A stretch of DNA of 63,142 nucleotides, filler included, from Sphacelaria rigidula (GCA_964200075.2; 10 parts of 10 records of this genome joined end to end with filler, not necessarily neighbours in it); one strand, 5' to 3'; shown: positions 1-12,214, counted from the first letter of the whole stretch. Translations and numbers: made by a program. Notes: generated from the sequence alone by a model not told the origin.

Positions 1-968
1 AGATATACCATGTCCTTGATGATGATATCATCCTCGCTGAATCGCATCAGGACTATCTCGATGCACTGCTGTTGTTGAGGTTATATATTATGCAGTACAT
101 ATTTCTCATTTTTTTTTAATTTCAGCGGCGGTGCCGTGTGTTACCAGGTTGGTCTGCACTTTACAGTGATATGCTCACATCGAGTTCAGTCAGGAAACTA
201 GGAAAGTTGTGGTGTGAGCAACTTTTAGCCGCTTTTAAGCTGGCCCAGCTCGTAGCGATTCTCCATACAGTGTACAGTATACGAAATTGCAAGGCAAAAC
301 TCTCAAAAACTGAGACGCGAGATTCAATTTTATTCAGTTCAGTGTATTTAGTGCCTCTGCTCAAAATACATATAAGTTGATTATAGTTTGGAATATTTTG
401 TGCGCCATATCTCGTGATGACTAATAAAATTAGGTTAAGGTTGGGGTATCCTTGGGCTATCTATCGTTTCCCCGTGCTCCAGGAAATGACAGCACAAAAA
501 CTCGTTATCATCCGCTGGATGCATCGTTCGGGGTTTCATGAAGACTTTAGTATTGACGCTATCTCCGTACGGTATACGTACAAATTAGTAGGCATGGGGT
601 TTGATTATCAATGAGAAGAAATTGGCTCAAAAATTTCAGCAGATGGGCACCTTCCCCTTGATTAGAGAATTAATACGATATGAGGATCACGGCCCAACTC
701 CTCTATGTCCATGAGATATACTTTGAGAGCTTAAAGCCGTTTCTGGGCAGGTCCATCCTGTACACGCTCGCAAAATTGAAGTTGCGAAAACGGTTTTACT
801 CAAGGGGGTTGGCAGATTGCAGCTGGCGGCTTTGGGGTACATGGGCATGAAAATGTAGGTACCTTGCTTTCATTCCGCTTGTCGGCCAGGTAGAGGAGAG
901 TGAATATCACCGCCTTTGAGAGAAACGTGAAGGGAAAGGGGTGGCTGGTACGTTAGAGAGAGGGAGGC

Positions 969-3114
969 ATGGCAGCCGCTGTGGAAGAAGAATGGGAAGC
1001 TGCTGTCGGATCTCTTTCGATTGTGAGTATTCAGTCAGGATGTGCGCGGTAAACGCGCTGTGAGTCGCGAGACACTGCCCTGGGCTGTGGGCGTCCCGGT
1101 GGTGTTTTTTGTCTCTTTTTTTTCAAACATATCTCACAGCACGAGTACACCTCAGTCCCGGGTGCACCGACAAGCACAAGAGACACGGCATTTTGTGCTT
1201 CGCACTTTGAGAGTATCCCGTAAGTCTATGCAAGACCTTGCCGCCTTGGCATCTCATCCTTTACCCACCTTTTCTTCACCGGCGGTCCCCCGTGACGAGC
1301 GTTTTAGTGGAGCCTTATTTGAACGTTTCCCTCTGCCACGCAGTGGTAAGATTTGGCCAATCCCAACGCCTGCCCGTCACGCGACCGGGCACCCAGCCCA
1401 TCATCACCGCCCACCGCCCTGCTTCGGTAAGTTTTCCGGTTGTATGTGGTTGGAGCAGGGCGCACAGTAAGCAATCATGCCTCAGAGTATTGCAGTGGTG
1501 GGGGGTTTTCTTATTGTTGTGCCATGTGTGTGGGCAACTAAGTTCGTTTGCTGGGTTGTCGGTCCACCCCCTGACTGTCCTTCGCGTCCCGCTTGTTCGT
1601 CGTTGAAAAAAATATTTAACTCGTTCTTTGTGTAGAAAACAACCCCTTCACCTTGTATCGAGTCCTTGATCATGCTTTTTCTTGTCGACGATGCGCTCAC
1701 CCTGTAACGGGCATACAGTACGGCAGTGGAGTAGTACGTGTACGCTTCCGGAGACTGGAGTGCATGGCTGTACTCTACCGTGTGTTATACGTTGAAATTT
1801 TTGCCCAACTCGCGTAGCATACGCGAGATGCAATATGCTGCTACCGTCCTAAAAATACAAGGCCCATCGTGGAAGCCCCTGCTTTCATGATGTCCAATAA
1901 AACACGTCAATCCCCAGGCAGATTTTTCTGTGACATATCTGGGTCGATTTGGAGAAGAAACACAGCAACAAACATTTTTGCATACTGTATCTACGTGCAT
2001 GGCCAAAGTCATGTTCGTTACTTTTATACGTACTGAACTCTGCACAGTACAGAAGCCCGCTGTCCGCGTCCCACATCTCCTTCTCTGCTACAACGAGGTG
2101 TTTGTTTGCACGCGACTTCTGTGCGCCTTACCGTAATTTTGATGAGGGAGCACGGCCTCTTAGAGACGGCATACATGGCGCGCCCTGCTTGTGAATTCTG
2201 TAAGTGATATGCCAGAGCGTCTTTTCATTGCGTCCCACTAGAACGAGGCGCCTGTACCGTACTGACCGTAGATATGTTGCAGCGTACGGTATGTTCTGTG
2301 CAAGCAAACCTGTTGGGGATTCTGTACCCCCGCCTATTTTTTGCGCGTGCACCGTTAATCCGTCCACTCCAACCATACGTGCTTCCGTCAGCGAAATACT
2401 GCTACTCTGTTTTCGCCACTACAGTCAGCACATGCCAAGTTTTACGGTGCACTGGTTGCTATTGCCTTGTCTGTACTATTGTATAACCATTTGACTCTCG
2501 TGTCGACAATCCAATGCAGCAAGACAAGTCTGTGGCGGCGGGGGCGGCGGCGGCTGGGGGTAAGATGACGACGGCAGCTGAGGACGCACAACAACAGGAA
2601 AAACCGCACAAGATGCCGATTACCCCCGAAGCCGCTTCTCCTGGTGCTCCCGAGGTCACGTCTGCCGATGACGGTGACAACAGTAAGTCCAAGGCCCCGA
2701 CTGTGAAATTGCCAACGCAGCAGCAGCATCAGCAGCAGCAAGGAGACAACGGCACGGCGACTGAGAGCGCCAGTGCCACCGCTGCCCCTGCTGCTGTAAC
2801 AGTAGCGACGGCAGCAAACGGCTCGTCAACAACAGCTACAACGACGAGGATAGCAGGAAATATCGCTCTTGCGTCGGCATCGGTGACCGTCGTCACCGCT
2901 TCCGACACAGCTGTCGCAGCCAATCCTTCAACCATCAGTACTACTACTGCCGCTGGTGCTACGACCAAGTCGGTTGCCATCGCTGCAAGACCTGCTTCCG
3001 TCTCGCCTGTTTTGGCTGCATCATCGAGGAAGGCGACGGTTACTGTGCCACCTGGCGGCAGTGGAGAAGAGATCATAGATAGTGCCCTCTTGGATGCCTT
3101 GGAGAACGCCAAGG
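969..3114 (+). CDS. 5' part of a putative R3H/SUZ-domain RNA-binding protein (ARPP21/R3HDM/encore-like); exons 969-1022 and 2520-3114
   Basis: ATG at 969 opens MAAAVEEEWEAAVGSLSI, followed by donor gtgagt at 1023. Acceptor tgcag ends at 2519, in phase with the A/T/S/Q-rich ORF 2514-3164, and donor gtaagt follows at 3115. The exon ends IIDSALLDALENAK, resembling the motif just before R3H domains (VDPFLVEALQNPR type, from recall). No further exon was identified on this contig. Confidence 0.65.
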
Positions 3115-3272
3115 GTAAGTTGGCAAAGCGTCGTGAAGGTCGGGGGTCATCTTCTGAAGCATAAACGTCCGACTCCTTGTTGTCGGGTGGTTAGACATGT
3201 GTGAAAATCCATTCGACGGGAAGTATATGCTACCGTATTGTCAGTCAGTACGAGGTCAGTACAAGAGTTTAA

Positions 3273-3370
3273 CCCTCAGACCGCGAGGTTAGTCCTCTGT
3301 TGAATCGGCATCAATTTCAAGTGAAACAAAATAAACATGATCGAGAAAGACTAATCTCGTGGTCTAAGGG
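3273..3370. mobile_element. 98-bp piggyBac-like MITE (family P)
   Basis: TTAA on both sides (3269-3272, 3371-3374). 22-bp TIRs CCCTCAGACCGCGAGGTTAGTC / GACTAATCTCGTGGTCTAAGGG. Other copies at 31419-31522, 37608-37705, 45382-45483 and 54195-54294. Confidence 0.85.
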
Positions 3371-3934
3371 TTAAGAGCGCCAACATACTGAAGTTGTCGC
3401 ACAGACAAGAGCAGACAGCTACAAAGGCAGGACTGCACCATCCCGGCGGGGCGTTCCAAAGTTGAACGGGCTCGGCTTCTGGACCAAAATGCAAGGCAAT
3501 CGTTTAATTACTCCGCGAAACAGTCAGAACATCTCGTTATCATTGTTTACTCTACAAGAGTGTGACTGTTCCACACTGCGTTTTTTTTTCGCTCCCGAGT
3601 TACGTCATGCCTGAAGCCGATGTTGCCGATGTTGCCGATGTTGGCGTTCTTGCCCTCTTCGTGTGTCCTTTGTGTGTGTTTTTTTGTAATTCAGACCATA
3701 TAATTGTGGAAGCCATTCGGATTTTTTCTTCAACTTTAAATCCGATTTTTGCCTGCCGCGAGCTTGAACGGAGACGAGAAAAACAAAAAGCAATAAATTG
3801 GAGCTGCACGTATTTGAAGTTGGCGTGACCTCGGAGCGTTGCGCCTGTATGGCAGCACCGGGAGGAGACAAAAGGGGTGCACATAGTGTTGCATAACGTA
3901 CCCTACAGAAAACCGAAATTTTCCACGGTTTGTG

Positions 3935-4345
3935 TTCCGTATGGTACAGTTTTTTGTACACCCGGGGTATTTACCGTACCCGACACCTTCATACCGGTAC
4001 CCGACGGTTCTGTGAACCCTGTAAGACTTTCATACCGGTACCCGGTAGCTCTGTAGGTGCTGTAAGCCTCCCGTACAGTCACGAGGGGCACGGGTATGCT
4101 CTTGATAAGATATCTGGTACGGTTTTCTGTGCACCCTCCATACCCTGCATGACAATTCTGTGATCTCTTCACGCTTCTCATACCCTACCCGACAGTTCTG
4201 TGAGTTCTGTACATGATGTATGCCCGTACCCAGAGCGCAGATATGCCCTTGAAGAAATGCCCGATTGCCGGTACCGTTTTCTGTAAGCCTCCAATACTGT
4301 ACCCGACAAGCTCTGAATTTCCGGGCAAATCGAAGATGTACCGGG
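3935..4345. repeat. Dispersed repeat built of degenerate ~41-bp units (ctttcataccggtacccgacagttctgt...)
   Basis: Same unit seen at 5045-5175, 12215-12550, 33995-34230 and 34525-34600. Confidence 0.75.
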
Positions 4346-5231
4346 GCAGAATCTGCTTGATTAAATTGGCGGGCGAAGCCCGTATCACGAGCCAAACCTC
4401 CCACACGCAGATAATTAACCCAAGGTGAACTGAAAGAAGCACGACTATGGCCGAGTGTTCAAACTCGGCACTAGCCCAGAATTGAAAACCTCTCCACAGT
4501 TAGACGGGGGACTCAAGCATGGGACATGTCGTGTTTCACAACTGTACCGCAGGGAAAACACTCAAGCCTCTCTCATGTGTTGGAGCTTCCTCTGTCTGTT
4601 CTGGTTTGGTTTGTTCACGCATTGCCAAGACAGTTTGGATTGCATGAGCTGCGATATTGTCGTTGTGTTCGTCTCTCAAGAAAACGCTGTCGTCAGGCAG
4701 TGCTGGCTGCACACTGTTGAAAGCTTCATGGTATGTGTGGACTGTTTCGTCTTCGGTGAGACGAACAACGCGCTGTCCGTTGCTGCCACACTCTTACTGG
4801 TACCGTGCGTGGAGCCCCCGTACTGTACTCTACCGTACTACTGTATTGTGTTCAGTCTACAATACTGTATTATCTATGATACTGTACTGGGCTGAAACTC
4901 TTAACGAGTTAGACCGCACGAACACTTGGTTTTAGAGTACTCCCCTAGCGATTCCTGAGCAAAATGGAGCGATTTGAATCGTAAGTTACCAAGCGAATCT
5001 GTCCCGCTCCAAATGCAGTCTGCCAATTTCGGCAATTTCTGTGCGACTTTTAAACCGGTACCCGACACTTTCGTACTTTCTGAGCTTGGAAAAGATTTTC
5101 ATAGCAGTACTCAACTTTTCTGTGAGTTCTGTGAGGAATCCCATACCCTACATAACATACCCGTACCCTACAGAACACAACCTTGGAAACATCGAACCGA
5201 ATATCGTGTACCTAAATGTTTGGCTAAATAT

Positions 5232-5509
5232 CAACATTTTCGTGAGATTGAGAGTGGTTTTGATCATTCGCTTCAACTTGGCCGACTTTTTATTTAGTGT
5301 GTGCTTTTCTTTGCCTCCATCACTGGCGTGTGCTCACAGCTACACGTCGATATCCTACCCAGGGATATCAAGGGCCTTAGTGGCGAGCTGCTACAGAAAG
5401 CATGTCGGGCCTCGCGGGGGGGCATTTCGGAACTGAAACGATTCATTCACTTGTTGAACGCTTGTCACTCATAATCGTATCATCTACTCCCAATCTCACG
5501 AAAACGTTG
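5232..5509. mobile_element. ~280-bp MITE (family Q)
   Basis: TIR CAAC(G/A)TTTTCGTGAGATTG. Homologous copy at 9666-9956. Confidence 0.8.
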
Positions 5510-5838
5510 TTCAAATGTGTTTGGTATTCCCGTATCGTTGTTCTTTTTTATCTTTTGAGCATCATGGTGTCGTACACGGTGAAAATTTCAGTTGCACGCA
5601 CTCCACAAGCGCACACAAGTTCATGAAAACGTATAATGGGATGTTCGACATGGAGATTTTTGAAAAAGTAATCGTTTCCTCGTGGCCAATATCTGAACAC
5701 AATGAATCTTCCAGTGTCTTCATTATTAATTTTTCTGCGAATATTTTGCCGAAAAGTAGGCTCAACATTATCAGGGTTCAGCGGTGCAGTTTGGGTCACT
5801 TTTGACGAGAAACGAAGCCAAATGGCTTGAAAAATTGC

Positions 5839-6097
5839 CACGGTTGGGACGAATCATCACGGGTTCGAATCACCAAATCCACGATCTCTCCGACCTGATT
5901 GCCCTAAAAAGAGAAAAAAAGTTGACCGATGGTCCAAGGGGTATCCACGCAACTTTCGCGCCATGCCATGTGTCTGGGCCGCGTGTTTCTGCGTTTGAAC
6001 GCTGAAAACAAAGCCTAGGGATTGATTCGTACGATTCAAATCAATGACACTAAAACCAAGTAATTTCCACACGAATCATGGATTTGTCCGACCCTTG
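5839..6097. mobile_element. ~250-bp MITE, probably Tc1/mariner-type
   Basis: Inverted ends CACGGTTGGGACGAATC / GATTTGTCCGACCCTTG. Homologous copy at 45998-46239 is followed by TA. Confidence 0.65.
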
Positions 6098-6130
6098 CAA
6101 TTTTCACGTCTCTGGCGGCTCCTCCAGCGG

Positions 6131-6225
6131 CCCCCCCTCACCAGCGGCGCTCACCAGTGGTGCTCCATCTCGAAAGGGATGCGTGGTCAATAGTCAAACG
6201 ACGAAGGCAAGCAACAAATGAGTAC
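6131..6225 (+). mobile_element. Poly(C)-associated short repeat, family B
   Basis: Starts at a C tract and ends ...gggatgcgtggtcaatagtcaaacgac...gcaacaaatgagtac at the contig end. Copies at 24438-24500(-), 38540-38638(+) and 56247-56380(+). Confidence 0.75.
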
Positions 6226-6325
6226 NNNNNNNNNNNNNNNNNNNNNNNNNNNNNNNNNNNNNNNNNNNNTTAATTAATTAANNNNNNNNNNNNNNNNNNN
6301 NNNNNNNNNNNNNNNNNNNNNNNNN
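6226..6325. other. Artificial contig spacer; same spacer at 12551-12650, 18875-18974, 25199-25298, 31523-31622, 37847-37946, 44171-44270, 50495-50594, 56819-56918
   Basis: Nine identical 100-bp linkers (44N-TTAATTAATTAA-44N, stops in all six frames) separate segments of 6225, 6225 and then 6224 bp. Confidence 0.98.
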
Positions 6326-7003
6326 AAGCTTGTTCGAACAACCGTTGCTGCTTTCAACGACGATCTGACTCGAAATTTCGAGCAACAAATGCCCCCCCCC
6401 TATCGTAGGATGACTCATTTGTGAAAACGGATGACATATACTCCAAGGGCTTCCTTAGTGAGTGTGACTTCATATAAACGGCTGTGTGTTCGACATTTGT
6501 GCCAACGGATTGCCGATACCCCGGGTTCCTCAGTACGCGTCGCGCGGCGATTATCGCTGCACGGTCCTGGAGCCTCATTCGGCTACTGTTACCACTTCTA
6601 GACCATATACCACGAGCTATCTCGTCGCTTTATTCACCGGTACAAGTTTTGCATGCACCACCTCAATGTTGAGAGTGATGTCTTCTTGATCGTTGTGCCT
6701 TGGCGGGCTCCTTGAAACCGAATCAAGTGAAAGTCTATTGCAAGTGTCACGCTCCCCTTTGATGTTTGATCGACCATTGGTACTTTAGTCCCCGTTGACA
6801 AGACAAATAGCCTGTTCTATGAGGGTTCCAGGAATGGTCAGCCGTAACACTGTCCGGGTCATGTGCTGACCTTGATGGTGAACCGTAGATTATTAGTCTC
6901 ACGTGTTCGTGGGTTGATAGCACGACCATCTGAGTCACCCGCTGATGCTGCAGGCCGTCATTGTCAGGCTAGACACCTTCCGTGCCACTTTCGGTTTTGC
7001 CCG

Positions 7004-7214
7004 TGTAATGCGTGAGAGGATCGCGGGCTTAGAGGACCGCATCTGAATTTGAACATCCCTATCGTTGGGGTTAGGGTTAGGATTAGTGTTGGGGTTAGGG
7101 TCAGGGGCGTGGTACCTGCAGGGACTGGCCCGACTGGTTTCGAAAAACGTTGATCCTGAGGTATTTTGAACAACAGCGCGGTCCTCTAAGTACACGGTCC
7201 TCTCACGCATTACA
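7004..7214 (-). mobile_element. MITE family E: TGT...ACA termini (Ginger-like), internal telomere-like repeats
   Basis: ~37-bp TIR TGTAATGCGTGAGAGGACCGCGTGCTTAGAGGACCGC. TSD GCCCG/GCCCG. Internal ggggttagggttaggattag. Copies at 14702-14903, 15341-15830 and 30430-30640. Confidence 0.85.
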
Positions 7215-9247
7215 GCCCGCTTCCTTTGTGTGTATCGAAGGTTGGATGATGGCGCAACCGCGCGGGCCATGCGCTGACGCTGAAATACGTTGTTGGTCAG
7301 GCTAGGTGACCCCCCCGTTGGCTTTTGATTTGTATTCCCCTTTTTTTAAGGTGTGGGAGATTGTGGTGAAAGGTGAGTATTCGAAGCTCTTTGAGCTTCT
7401 GCATACTCACGCTTCAGTGTGAGCTATATTGTTATGGTATTTGATGGGACTGGGCTTGATGAGGAACACTAGGGCACACATAACTCGGAATAAAAACAAC
7501 ATTTGGATATGAATCTCTGATTGATTCTCGCTGAGGAACGAGAGTTTAGAAGATCCATGCTGATGTTCCGATCTGTTGACAGCGGGCGATACGAGATACA
7601 TGCTGCATGGTTGACTTGTCGTGCCGGCTCCACATTGTATATTCATGTGCAAAGCAGACAGTATTGCTGAAATTTTCCTTGGACTGAAGATTTGACGACA
7701 CGATACACGAGCAGACGGACTCTTGGATGTATAGGCCGGCAACGTCTCGGTTCACGTATGCCCACCGTTGGCTTTTCGTTCTTGTATCATGACTATGTGT
7801 GGATAAAATTCTAGGCGTAGGTTTGTACCGGGCTCCTCCAAACCCTTTGTGGTCACTCTCTTTGGCTACTTGGACACGATCAGCTTTGGCCAGCCGTTGC
7901 TCTGAGGCCCAAGGGAGTCCTGCTGGTAAGCGATAGTTGTGGGGACTATTGGCTTCTAGTCGTAAGTGTATCATACAAGTGGATATCTGGTTTCTGTGAA
8001 CATCTGGACTTGAACAGCTCACTGCGGTTTGGATCTAGGCGTACTACTCTTTTGCACAGCTTTGCCTATAATCGATGCACACACGGCTCCAGCCTGTGTT
8101 CGTGAGAACATATACGACAAAAGTGTAATGTGGCTGCCTTCTCGGAGGCTACTAAGCCAAATTACAGGAATACCCGATAGCCAAAAAATAGCCGAAGTGC
8201 ACAAAATGAAAAAATATATATGTTGAGGTTGAAAACAAGCGATGCATCCAGGGTAGTGACTGGGCTCTTCGTCTGTGAAGAACGGGGGGGGAAGACCAGA
8301 GAAAGGATGCCGTACGGCCGGCCTCGAACTCCCGACCTGCACCGCGCCAGCGGAACATCGACCCTCCCGTCATATGTCCAGTATTCGTGGCTATCTTGAG
8401 AAGGAATCTGTTCATTTGTAGATAGTTCTAATTAGGCGGTGAATGGTGCATTTGACTCCTTCAACTCTATTATTCCACACCCTAACCCGAACCCTATCAC
8501 ATACACCCGAGCTTGGATGATGTGCTTGGCAGGGTTCTAGGTTGGTGTTGTGTGAATAGGTGCTAGGTTGGTGTAGGTGGTTAAAGCTACGCCGCCGCGG
8601 AACTGAGAGATGTGGATGCATCTCGTATATGTAACCCCCGTATGCATCGAATTGATTAGCATATGATCAATCATTATCGATCGAAGCTCGTCGATTCGAA
8701 GGCCTCACAGTAGGCGCTAATCCTGTACTGACGTTATGCAACACAAGATATATCAAAGGCTCAGTGCACAAAAAACACCACGGCTCGGGGATAGCGGGCT
8801 GGCATGATGCATTGAAGAACTCACTGTCAATGTGCTCGACGACGCCTAGAGTTCAACAGACCACCTCAATATGGCTGTAGGAAAGGTGGAGAAGAGGCGA
8901 AAAGTTTCAAAGACAGTTCTTCCCGCCAATCCTTGAACCATGGCAGCAAAACCATGCCACTCCGATCTAGAGAGAAAACCCGTGCGTACAATACATGATC
9001 CAACAGGAGATCCTGAAAAATGGGGAGGAGAGTGTTATATGAGAGCGAACTGAGATCGAAATTGTATATGGTACAGTGAGACAACCTTTCCAGGTACTGG
9101 TCGCAATATCATATATAATTTTGACCTCAGTTCGTTTCCGTAGAAGAAACCTTCCTATTTTTCAGGATCGCCTATGATCTGAAAATACTCCTGCGGAAAA
9201 TCCTAGGGTAGTGGTACATGTTTCGGGAAAGAGATAAATCTATGTGA

Positions 9248-9506
9248 GAGTGATGCTACGGTAGGGTCGCACAAATATATTTTTCGATATTAGAGTTGTT
9301 GGGAGCCACGTATCTCATCCAAAACACCTCTTGCGAAATATGCGAGAGTACACCAGTATTAATGTTTCACTGTGCCAGAGATATCCCGAATGAATTTGCA
9401 AATGGGGATCCCCTGACCCATGTTCTTGTGCAATCTATAATCGTTGGGAGCCCCTGGACCAGAGAAGATTTCGCCCAAAAAGTGCACCCCTACCGTAGCA
9501 TTACTC
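9248..9506 (-). mobile_element. Sola-like MITE family C
   Basis: GAG...CTC termini, TIR GAG(TG/CA)ATGCTACGGTAGGG, TSD GTGA on both sides. Confidence 0.85.
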
Positions 9507-9665
9507 GTGACATAACCACGAACATTTTGGGGGATATAAGGCGGCCAGGTGCTTTGGGTGTGCATAGACGCGCGGAGCTGGAGATGTTTAGGGCGACATA
9601 AACATCATGAAAGGGCACATGGCCGCGGAGTTCGGTGCAGTACTGTGTATCAAACAGAGGGTTAA

Positions 9666-9956
9666 CAACGTTTTCGTGAGATTGATAGTAGAACGCTGAT
9701 TGAGTGGCTTTGGCAATTTGCCTTAACCTCGCAATTTTTTTCCGTGTGTGCTTTTCTTTACCTCTATCACTAGCGTGTGCTTACAGCTACACGTCGATAT
9801 CCTACTCAGGGATATCAAGGGCCTCAGTGGCAAGCTACTACAGAAAGCATATCGGGCCTCGTGGAGGGGCCTTTCGGAACTGAGACTATTCATTCACTAA
9901 CTGACCGCCTTCAACTCTCAATCGTATCCTTTACTCTCAATCTCACGAAAATCTTG
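9666..9956. mobile_element. MITE family Q, second copy
   Basis: TTAA-CAACGTTTTCGTGAGATTG ... CAATCTCACGAAAATCTTG-TTGA. Internally homologous to 5232-5509. Confidence 0.8.
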
Positions 9957-10753
9957 TTGATTGTGAAAAATGGGGTCGAACGCTAGAAATGAGGTTCATG
10001 TGGCATATCTAAAATATAGGTTTTGTGACAAACAGCAATGTCAAAGAAAAGAATCTTCGCAAAAAGAAAAGAGTTTAGTTTTCAGTTCAGCAGGCGTGCC
10101 TTGGGGCACCGAATGAATGCGGAGTACACGCGTGTCGATGGCGATACCACCGGAGGAGCAACGGCGGAAAGGAGGCTCCTCGCCCATGTCTTCACTGACT
10201 CTCCCATGGGGCGCTCTCCTGATCGAAGGGAGGGACTGACGCCTGGTAAAGTGCAGCTTACCATAGGTCATCTGGCAAGATTGCATCAGTCTTATGACAC
10301 CGTAGTCGCACAGGGTCGTGGCACTGCTATTCCATCTGCCGCTACCACCGGGAATGAGTGCACTCACCGACTCTCTCGGCAAGGAGGAAACACGAATCAT
10401 TCCCAATCGCTGGAGAGATTGGCATCATGACACTGTACTAGCACACATCCAATTTACCATGTGCCGGCAGGCGGGTCATTGTAACACATCCCCCTGAAGA
10501 TCGGGATGCCGAGGGTTGTCGTTTCTTGTCTGTGGCGCTGACCAGTGCAAAAATGGAATCCTCTCTGCCTCTTTTTTTACGCAGGACGTGCCTCTGTGTG
10601 CTGCAGAACACGTCGTCGAAAAGCAGGGCGATGTTTCCGCCACCGCTACTGTTCTCTCACACACACATCCAGCAAGGAAAATGATGCGGTAATATGAAGA
10701 TCCAATCGCAACTCGAAGAATGTTCTTGTCATCAACGGACAATACTATGAAAA

Positions 10754-11591
10754 CTATGCAATGAGGTTGTACATTAAAATGAGGTTAAGCCCAAAATAGT
10801 GTTTTTCCCACACTTGCAGCTATGGTTACCGATAACGTTTTCCTCGGGTTAATGCCCTTCGATCGCGCAGATACTTTTCCAGCGCATTTTACAGACTCTG
10901 TGAGCTTGCAGCGCTGATCGAAACGGTCATTTTCTCTAATATACCCCCCCCCCCCATGAAAAATCAGGTGAAATAACGGCTTCGGTCCGCACTGTGAGTT
11001 TACAGAGTCGGCAAAATGCGTGGAAAATACGGGAGTTTACAAATTGGGGATGGATCTTCTATTGGGAATGAAAACCCGGAGAGAACTAAAATCTTCGTAT
11101 CCACACCAAATCTTCGAAGTATGCTTCCCTTTCTTCACTTGCTGGTAGCTATTGACAACTTCTGCACGCCATACAAATTTGGATTTCGACAACCAAAATG
11201 TCGGAGTCACAGGTGAAAAACCATTTGGGGGGGGATTTTAAGTGTCCGATTGGACGCCAGAATTGTTTTTTTTACTGAAGACCCCGACATTTCGGCTATC
11301 GAAATCCAAATTTGTATGGCGTGTAGTATTTGTCAATAGCTACCACCAAGTGAAGAAATGGAAGCATACTTCGAAGATTTGGTGTGAATCCGAAGATTTT
11401 AATTCTCTCCGGGTTTTCATCCCCAATAAAACGTCCATCCCCAATTTGTAAAATCCCGTGTTTGAAAAAATACCTACGCCATTGAGGAGCATTAGGCCGA
11501 CAAAAACATTTATGAGCACTATCGCTGAAAGTGTGGAAAAAGCACTATCTTGGGCATCAACCTCATTTTAGTGTACACATCTATTTCATAG
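10754..11591. mobile_element. MITE with ~70-bp imperfect TIRs (family K), hosting a nested family D element
   Basis: Left ctatgcaatgaggttgtacattaaaatgaggttaagcccaaaatagtg matches the reverse complement of ~11521-11591. Confidence 0.7.
11025..11463. mobile_element. Foldback element family D (~435 bp, ~185-bp arms)
   Basis: Near-palindrome acgggagtttacaaattggggatgg ... ccatccccaatttgtaaaatcccgtg. Copies at 14215-14647 and, interrupted, ~12813-13680. Confidence 0.85.
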
Positions 11592-12214
11592 AATTGTCTG
11601 TTCATCGTTGATTTTACCCGACCTCTGCACCTGTCTGTTCAAAACAAGGACATGCACCGAAGTTCGCAACAGCTATGAGAGCTAAACGGTTTGATTTTCC
11701 TCAACTCCATCCACACAATTTCAACGACTCTCAAGACCTGAGGGAAGGTGGCCGCTTCGGATCAGGTCAAGCATGCAAAGATACCGTCGAACAGCAATAC
11801 CAAACTTTTCTGGGAGTGGCATCAGGCAGTCCGTGGAGAACGGAGCAGAAATCGACAAGTGATCGTTCGTATTAGAAAACAATGCGCGCATGAAACGCTT
11901 TGCAGGTTGGAAAACACGTATTTTCATGGAGAAGAAAATCTCCGTGCCCCCACTAATGTTGTGTGCGCTTGTAAAAACTCTACAGGCTGGTTCACGATTA
12001 TCACCCAAAATTGTGCCATCAGCAAATGCCTTTCGCAATACCTACCCAATAGTCGCATACATGATATCATACTGACCGCCATGGACGCCTGAAGAGCGTG
12101 ACGTAGTCGGATTTTTGTTCAAGGCCATAGCGGTAGTGTTAATGGCGAAAAGGTATATCGACCAGTCAGCGCCCGTAAAATTGTTCCGGTATCGAAATTA
12201 CCAAGGTTGTGTTC

